Made by a program: the position numbers and the translations under genes. Of a DNA stretch of 64,000 bases, positions 56,863-64,000 are shown piece by piece. Below the pieces are notes generated by a model, which was not told the origin of the DNA, made no database searches, and was given only the letters and a program-made list of their open reading frames with translations. Each line of letters opens with the position of its first letter. The first letter of the stretch is position 1. The stretch is from the human T2T-CHM13v2.0 reference genome, Homo sapiens, in NCBI RefSeq assembly GCF_009914755.1, contig NC_060925.1, one strand, 5' to 3'.

Positions 56863-57521
56863 CAAGAAGAAAGTGGGACAAATCATCTACCTGAATTCAA
56901 GACTTTTAATGTGGTATATTAATCAAGACTCTCATATTGGTGGAAGGACGGACACATTTTGTGTCAATTAAATAAAACAGAATGTGTAATTATGAATCCA
57001 TAGAATAAGATACACCTATACCCAGCAGATATAGGTGGGTATTGGTGAAAAGGCAGAGGTGAAAACGCAATTGAATAGAGGAAAGAGTATTTTCAATGTA
57101 TAATAGTGAAGCGATTAGACATCCACGGCTTAAAACACAAGTAAACTAAAAATGGACCTATGGCGTAAATGTAAAACGTAAATCTGTAAAACTTTTAGAG
57201 AAACGTTAGGAGAAAATCTTCAGAACCTAGGGCCAGGCATGTAGTTCCTAGATGTAACAGCTGAAGTACAATCCATGAACACAAAAATTGATAAATTGGG
57301 CTTTATTGAAATTGAAAACTTTTGCTTTGCAGAAGATCATGTTAAGACAGTGAAAAGATGAGCTACACAGTGGGAAAAATATTTATAAACCACATGTTGA
57401 AAAAAGGATTATCATTAAAATAAATCAAGAATACTCAAAACTCAAGGTTTAAAAAGTCCAAGAAGAAAGTAGCAAAAGACATATAGAAAAATTTCACCAT
57501 AAAGGATGTACAGATGACAAG

Positions 57522-57893
57522 TGATATGGTTTGGCTGTGTCCCTACCCAAATCTCATCTTGAATTGTGGTTCCCATAATCCCCAAATGTCATGGGAGGGA
57601 TCCAGTGGGAAGTAATTTAATCATGGGGGCACTTACCTCCATGCTGTTCTCATGATAGTGAGTGAGTTCTCAAAACATCTGATGGTTTTAGAAGGGGTTT
57701 TTTCCCTTTCACTTGGCACTTCTCCTTGCTGCCGCCATGTGAAGGAGGATATATTTGTTTCCACTTTCACTGATTGTAAATTTCCTGAGGCCTCCACAGC
57801 CCTGCGGAACTGTGAGTCAATTAAACCTCTTTCCTTTATAAACTACCCAGTCTCAGGCAGTTCTTTATAGCAGCATGAGAATGGACTAATACA
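57522..57893 (+). mobile_element. THE1 (THE1D-like) solo LTR nested in L1MD
   Basis: tgatatggtttggctgtgtccctacccaaatctcatcttg...gaatggactaataca; acaag on both flanks. Confidence 0.93.
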
Positions 57894-60339
57894 AACAAGT
57901 AGGCACAGGAAAAGATGTTCAACATCGTTGGCCATTAGCAAAATGTATATCAAAATTATAATAAAATATTTCACTAAATTCCTGTAAAAACTAGTAACAA
58001 TATCAAATGCTGGTGATGATGCAGAAAAACTAGATCACTTGTATATTACTGTTGGGGATGTAAAACATTCTGGAAAACACTTTGTTAGTTTCTGACTAAA
58101 CTAAATATGAAACTACTATACAACCCAGCATTGTACTTCTAGGCATTGAGCCTAGGGAGATAAAGATTTATTTTTACATAAAATCCTGTACATAAAGATT
58201 TTATTAGCTTTTTTATTTTCTAAAAGTAAAAAACTAGAAACAATCCAGATTCTCCTTCAGTAAGTGAATAGTTAAACCAACTAGGGTACATCCATGCCAT
58301 GGAATACTACTCAGCAACAAAAATATACTATTCACACAGGCAACAGCCTGAATAAACCTGCAGAGAATTAAGCTGAGTGAGGAAAGCCATTTACATAACA
58401 TTCTTGAAATCAAAAAATTATAGAATAAAGAACAAATTAGTGGTTGCCAATGGTAAAGGAGGGAGGGAACTGAATGTGGCCACAAAAGGGCAACAGAAAG
58501 GTTATGGTAGTAATAGTAATGTTCTGTATCTTGACTGTATTAACATTGATATTCTGTTTGTGATGTTGAATTATAGTTCTGCAAGATGTTACCTTTGGGG
58601 AAAATCAGGTAAAGAGTATACCAGATCTCTGCATTATCTTCATAACTGCATGCATATCTACAATTATCTCAAAAATAGAAGTCTAATTAAAATAAAAACA
58701 AACCCGATGGTAGAAAATCTCTCCCTTTGAAAATGAAGACTTATTTCTTTGCTGTTGTTTTACTTTCAGGAAGAAGTTGTATACCACGGGCAATCTCTTT
58801 TTATTCTATAACATTCATTTGTTTTTGTCCTTGATGGGATAAAATGTCAAAACTATTTTTGCATCTTCTAAGGAATAACATTATTACTAAAGCAGCTTAG
58901 ATTGTTGTTCTTCCCTGTTGAATAAAGGTGAGAAAAAGGTGATTCAAATGAATTAGAAATGAAGGGCATTTTCTGTATGTTTATGATCTTCTGTACAGTA
59001 CAGAAAACAGCACCGTAGCAGAGTTTTATTTAGTAAATAGGTCACTGGGAATACTGTACCCCTGGAACTGAACTGTAAGTCATCTACATTTCTTCCATTA
59101 AATTTTGTGCATAAAGCATATTATAAAGTTCTATTTGTGTCTAAAATTAGTTTGATAATTAGGTCATTTCTTGAACACCAAAGCTCAGAAAAAGGGTCTT
59201 GTAAAATCTGTTTGGAATTTATCATTTTAAGTATTTGGAGCCTTAAAAGTGTAACTTAGAATTAGCCCATTGTATTTTCAAAGTTTTAAGATTCTTCTAA
59301 TTACTCATAGAGAAATGAATCCAAACATGAAATCTATTGCCACTTCTTTGTGTTATTTTGGTGGCTCAGAGATTAAATGATTTGCCTAGTATCACAATAT
59401 TAGGTGACGGCAAAGAGGACTGCAGAAGCAGTAATTTTATTATTTATTTAAGAATTATTTCTCGACTTGGAATTTTCTGTTATCTAATTTAGCATAATCT
59501 TAGATGTATTTTTGCTATTGTTTTATTATTATTTAATATATGCCTAAGAAACTTTCCTGTTTCTTCTGTCTTAATACTGTAAATTGAGCAACATTTTGAA
59601 TAAACCTTTAATAACAAAGGAATGAATTATCTTCAATGAAGCAATATTGAAGATTGTTACTGGTTTTAAGTAACAGGGCATTTATAAAAAGCTTAATGGG
59701 GTTGTGTTGATAATTTTATTATGCTTACTAGTTTATTTTCTGTTTTCAAGTGATACTATAACAAAGGTTGTCCTAAAGGTAAAGTTGAAATAAGTGGGTA
59801 CTTGATTTAGCAGTGCATAAATTCAGCACGAAGGAATGTTTAGAGAAGTTAAAATAGTTCCAGAGAACTAAAAGAAAGGTAAAAGACAGTCTCCCAAGAG
59901 CATTTACACTTTTTTCCATACTCTACAATCCTATTCAAAAGATGAGGCAAAAGAAGGGCATGAAAAAGCCCTGCAAAATACAAGGGCAACAGTAAAGAAG
60001 CATTGAAGGCTATGGGCTCACTATTGGCCTTGGAAACCACTCCTCTCATTTGAACTGACTGAGGCTAATCAAAGAGGAAAACTCAGTTGGACTTCTTATT
60101 TTTTAGCTCACAGAAAAAGCATTTTAAGAGAAGCTTTTTTCACGTTTGTGTATGATCAGACAAGAAAGTAGCTGAGGGCACTGTGGGAGGTTAAGCAAAG
60201 GAAATCAGTGGCTCTTGTACCTTTCAGAATATTTGTATGCCATTCAATGTTGCCTGTCCATCAATAGCTTCTCTCCTTTTACAGAGAAAGAATTTTCTGC
60301 ATTTTCTCAAGATTTACCTTGAATTCCACTTAATATTTG

Positions 60340-61690
60340 TAAAAACTTTCATTGTGAAATAATTTTAGACTTCTAGATAAGGCACAAGAATAGAACAAAG
60401 AATTCACCTTGGTAAAAATATTAATATTTTACCACATTTGCCTTATTCTCTCTCCCTCTGTATGTGTGCATATGTATATGTAAATATACTTGTAATTTAT
60501 TTTTCTGAACCAACTGAAAGTTGCTATTTTACCCATTACACTTTATGCTTCAATAAGTATTTCCTAAAAGAAAAGGACCACAGCCCTTGTTCTGAAGGAC
60601 AAAGACCATTAAAATCAGAAAATTAACATTGGTACAATAATACCGAAAAATTACAGACTCCATTCACGTTTCACCAATTATTTCAATAACACTCTTTATA
60701 GTGAAAAAAAACTTAAATCTGCCTTTGTTCATACTGCTATAACAAATTACCACAGACTGGGTGGCTTATAAACAACAAAATATGTATTTGTAACATTTTT
60801 GAAGGCTAAAGAGTCTGAAGTCAGGACTTCAGCATGTTCAGGGGTGGGTGAGAACCCTCTTCCAGGTTGCAGACTGCCTCCTCCTTTCACATGTCAGAAA
60901 GAGAGCTAGAAAGCCCTCTGGAATTCCTTTTATAAGAGCCCTAATTCCATTCATGAGAGCTTTACCCTCATTACCTAATAACCTCCCCAAAACCCCATCT
61001 AATACCATCACATTGGGGGTTAGAATTTCAACATATGAATTTTTTTTAGGAGGGTAGGAAACAAATATTCAACCCATTGCACTACCTGTACAGAATACAA
61101 TTTAAGATCACATAGCACATATGATTATGATGTCTCTTGAGTTTTTTCAATAATTCCTTAGCCTTTCCTTATCTTTCATGACTTCAGTGATTTTGGAGTA
61201 CAGGCCACTTCATTTTTGTAGATTGTTCCTCATTTTTGGCTATCTGATGTTTCCTCATGATTAAATTCAGGTTCTGCATTTTGGGCATGGATATCACAAA
61301 AGCAACTGTGTTTTTGTCATTACATCTTATCAACACAATTTGATTTGTTCCATACTAGTGATGTTAGCTTAGTTAGGAAGGTGTTTCACTGGGATTCTTC
61401 ATCATAAAATTATTCACCTTTTATAATGAATAATTATTTTGTGACTTGTATATCTATGTAAATGTCTTTTTCCTCAGCAAAATTTTGCCCACTAATTTTA
61501 ATATTCACTGCTTATTCAGTCTTATCTGAGTAAATTTTATTATGATGACTCACAAGTGGTGATTTTCTAATTCTTCTACGTTTATTAGTTGTCATTCTAG
61601 TTTAAGAAGAGCTTTCCCTTTCCTTTCATTTATGTATTTGTAAAGCAAAGATTTATAAATGTATTGATATAAGCATAGATTAAAAATTAG
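60340..61690 (-). mobile_element. L1MC4/5-type 3' fragment split by an MLT1A LTR
   Basis: ttcattgtgaaataattttagactt...; gatgtttcctcatgattaaattcaggtt. Confidence 0.7.
60720..61081 (-). mobile_element. MaLR LTR (MLT1A0-like)
   Basis: actgctataacaaattaccacagactgggtggcttataaacaac...catcacattgggggttagaatttcaacatatgaattt. Confidence 0.88.
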
Positions 61691-61984
61691 AGAAAAAAGT
61701 AGTGGTGAAAATCTGGGAACTGTCTACTAGACAGGACATTATAATTACAAAAATATCTGAGTTGGACTGCTTGTTCTTTTAGACTTATAACTTCAAAATA
61801 TATGATATATACGCATATATATATAATTACTTGATTCTATGTCAAACATTAGCTTTAGAAAGAAATAAAATACTTTTTAAGATTGTGTTTATACTCAAAA
61901 GGTAAAATGGATAAAAAGGTTATTTCATCTCAACAAATAACAATTTTTAAAAGTAACTTTCAGTTAAACTAGTCAGATGAATGA

Positions 61985-62292
61985 TGTCTAATTGAAATAT
62001 AATGTGAACCATATATATAATTTCAAATCTTTTAGTAGTCACATTAAAAAAGTGAAAAGATAAAAGTAAAACTAATTTTAACAATGTATTTTATTTAACT
62101 TAATATATCAAAATATTATTTGAATATCTATTCAATGTAAAATTATTAATGAGGTATTGTATATTTTTTCTTATTAATTCTTCAAAACCTTGTAGCTACT
62201 TTACACTTATAGCACATCTCAACTCGTAGCAGCCACATTTCAAGAACTAAATAACCACAGGTGGCTTGTGGCTACTACATTGGAGAGCACAG
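61985..62292. mobile_element. MER33 (hAT-Charlie) DNA transposon
   Basis: gaaatataatgtgaaccatatatataattt...gccacatttcaag...gtggctactacattggagagcacag. Confidence 0.85.
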
Positions 62293-62899
62293 ATCTTTAT
62301 AATTGAACCAAAAGATTTTAAAAATCTAGAATACATGGATAGTCCCCAAGTTATTCACTTTAATTTGAATGTCCAGGCACAGTATTGTGTATAAGTAGAA
62401 AAAGTAGCAAACAAAGTCATAATCATCATACCATAATAATTCCACAAAAGATATTGACCCTCATAACAACTCAAGAGTGAAATTAATAGAAGTATTTATG
62501 ATAGATTAAATTCAGTGGAATGATTTACATAAAGCATGCATTAAAAATAGATACTTCTTTAATATTTCTGTACTATATCAGTTTGTTCAAAACAAAACTT
62601 TATCAGCTTGTTAGAAGCTTTCTGTAACTATAGTTTTGCTACTAGGAAATTCTAGCTTTCAACATATATATGCTATTTTCCACATTCTTGATTGAAAAGC
62701 ATAAACCTATAAACACACACAGACACACACACAAGAAAAGCTATATCTATTACACTCTTGTCAAAATATATCCCATGTCTAAACTTTAGGATTGAATGAC
62801 TTATAAATAAAACAAAGTCATCAATTGTAGAATATTTCTGCTTACATTTAATTTGGACTAAGATCAGTGTTGTTGGAAGAGGATGTGGGAGTAAATATA

Positions 62900-63490
62900 G
62901 CAAGTCTATGCACCAGGCAATATCCTAAGTAAATGCTCATGTAGACATTTGTTTTCACAGAATCCTCTGATTAGCTGTTATAACATAGAGTATGACTGTA
63001 GGAAAGTCATACACAAAGAGGTGAAGTAACTTCCCCAAATTTTCACAGCTAGTAAACCTTGATATCAGAATCAAACATAAGCAGACTAGAATTTATCCAA
63101 AGAAGCCCTGACCACATCAGGCAGGATTATACAAAAAAGTAGATTGGATAAATTTGCCTGGTACACAGACTGTCAGTTTTTAAATGAGAGAAGCAGAGTT
63201 AGAGTTTATGCAGAGATACAAACAGCCTTGATAAAATAATCTTACTAGTCCACACATCGAGCAAGTATGTATTTCTCTGTGCTTGGCACTGTGCTGGGCA
63301 TTGAGGTGCAGTCTTGCATAAGATGTAAAAATTTATAGTTGAGGAAAAAAACAGGCAATTACGATGCATTATTGGAATTGCTCTCCTAGGAATATACAGA
63401 AAATGAAGTGAGATATACAGGAAACTTAGCCCAGCCTTGGGAGTTAGGAAGGCTAAGAGAAAAGCTGTTGAGTCCTGAGGAACTAGTAGG
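62900..63490 (-). mobile_element. MIR (about 62900-63100) and L2 (about 63250-63490) remnants
   Basis: agaggtgaagtaacttccccaaattttcacagctagtaa; cttggcactgtgctgggcattgagg. Confidence 0.6.
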
Positions 63491-64000
63491 AGTTGAGTTA
63501 ATGACTTGAAAATATATGTAATGAAGCCTAAGGGTCTCCAGTGTTACTATTATGGGAATAAGTAGTCCACCTGGGGGTACTAGATGAACCTCAAAATGTG
63601 GTTAAACACAACCATAAAATACAACCTCAAAATCTCATGTGGAAGGACAAAAGAGAATAACAAGTGTTTACAGTTGTTGAGTAAACTCTGTAGCAGGTGC
63701 TGGTTATGTGATGTATATGCATTATCTTTATGTTTATTTTTGTTTACATCCAATGAGCTTCAAAAGGGTGGAAAACTTTCCCAAGATTAATGTGTCATAG
63801 CTCTCTGAATTAAAGACCCTGACTTTTCCTTTTTAATATAATACTGTCTCCCTCTTTTTTAATAAAAAAGTGAACTGCCACATAAGAGAAAATGATTTGT
63901 TTGCTACTTTTGGATGATCAGAGAAAGATAAGAGGCTTTTAAATTTTCAAATAACTAACATCTTGGAATAGCTACTAGGGAATTTTATCATTCATAATGG

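Overview
Human (hominid) genomic DNA from the amylase cluster. Bases 122-7797 hold coding exons 2-10 of an intact salivary alpha-amylase gene (AMY1) on the + strand, with all GT-AG junctions in frame and salivary-type residues. No further amylase exons appear in the next 56 kb, which suggests the distal copy (AMY1C-like). The gene is followed by a deleted antisense MER4-group ERV with a gag remnant, then an AT-rich, gene-poor stretch of L1, L2, Alu, MIR, MaLR and DNA-transposon relics. The most unexpected signal is at about 14.3-17.9 kb. Hand translation shows a colinear series of decayed motifs resembling a Mononegavirales (bornavirus/rhabdovirus-like) L polymerase. The RdRp core lies on the minus strand and the downstream block IV/PRNTase region on the plus strand, so this is a candidate ancient endogenous viral element with an internal inversion. 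The call was made by eye across frameshifts and needs tBLASTn/HMM confirmation. Repeat subfamily names are from recalled consensus sequences and their boundaries are approximate.
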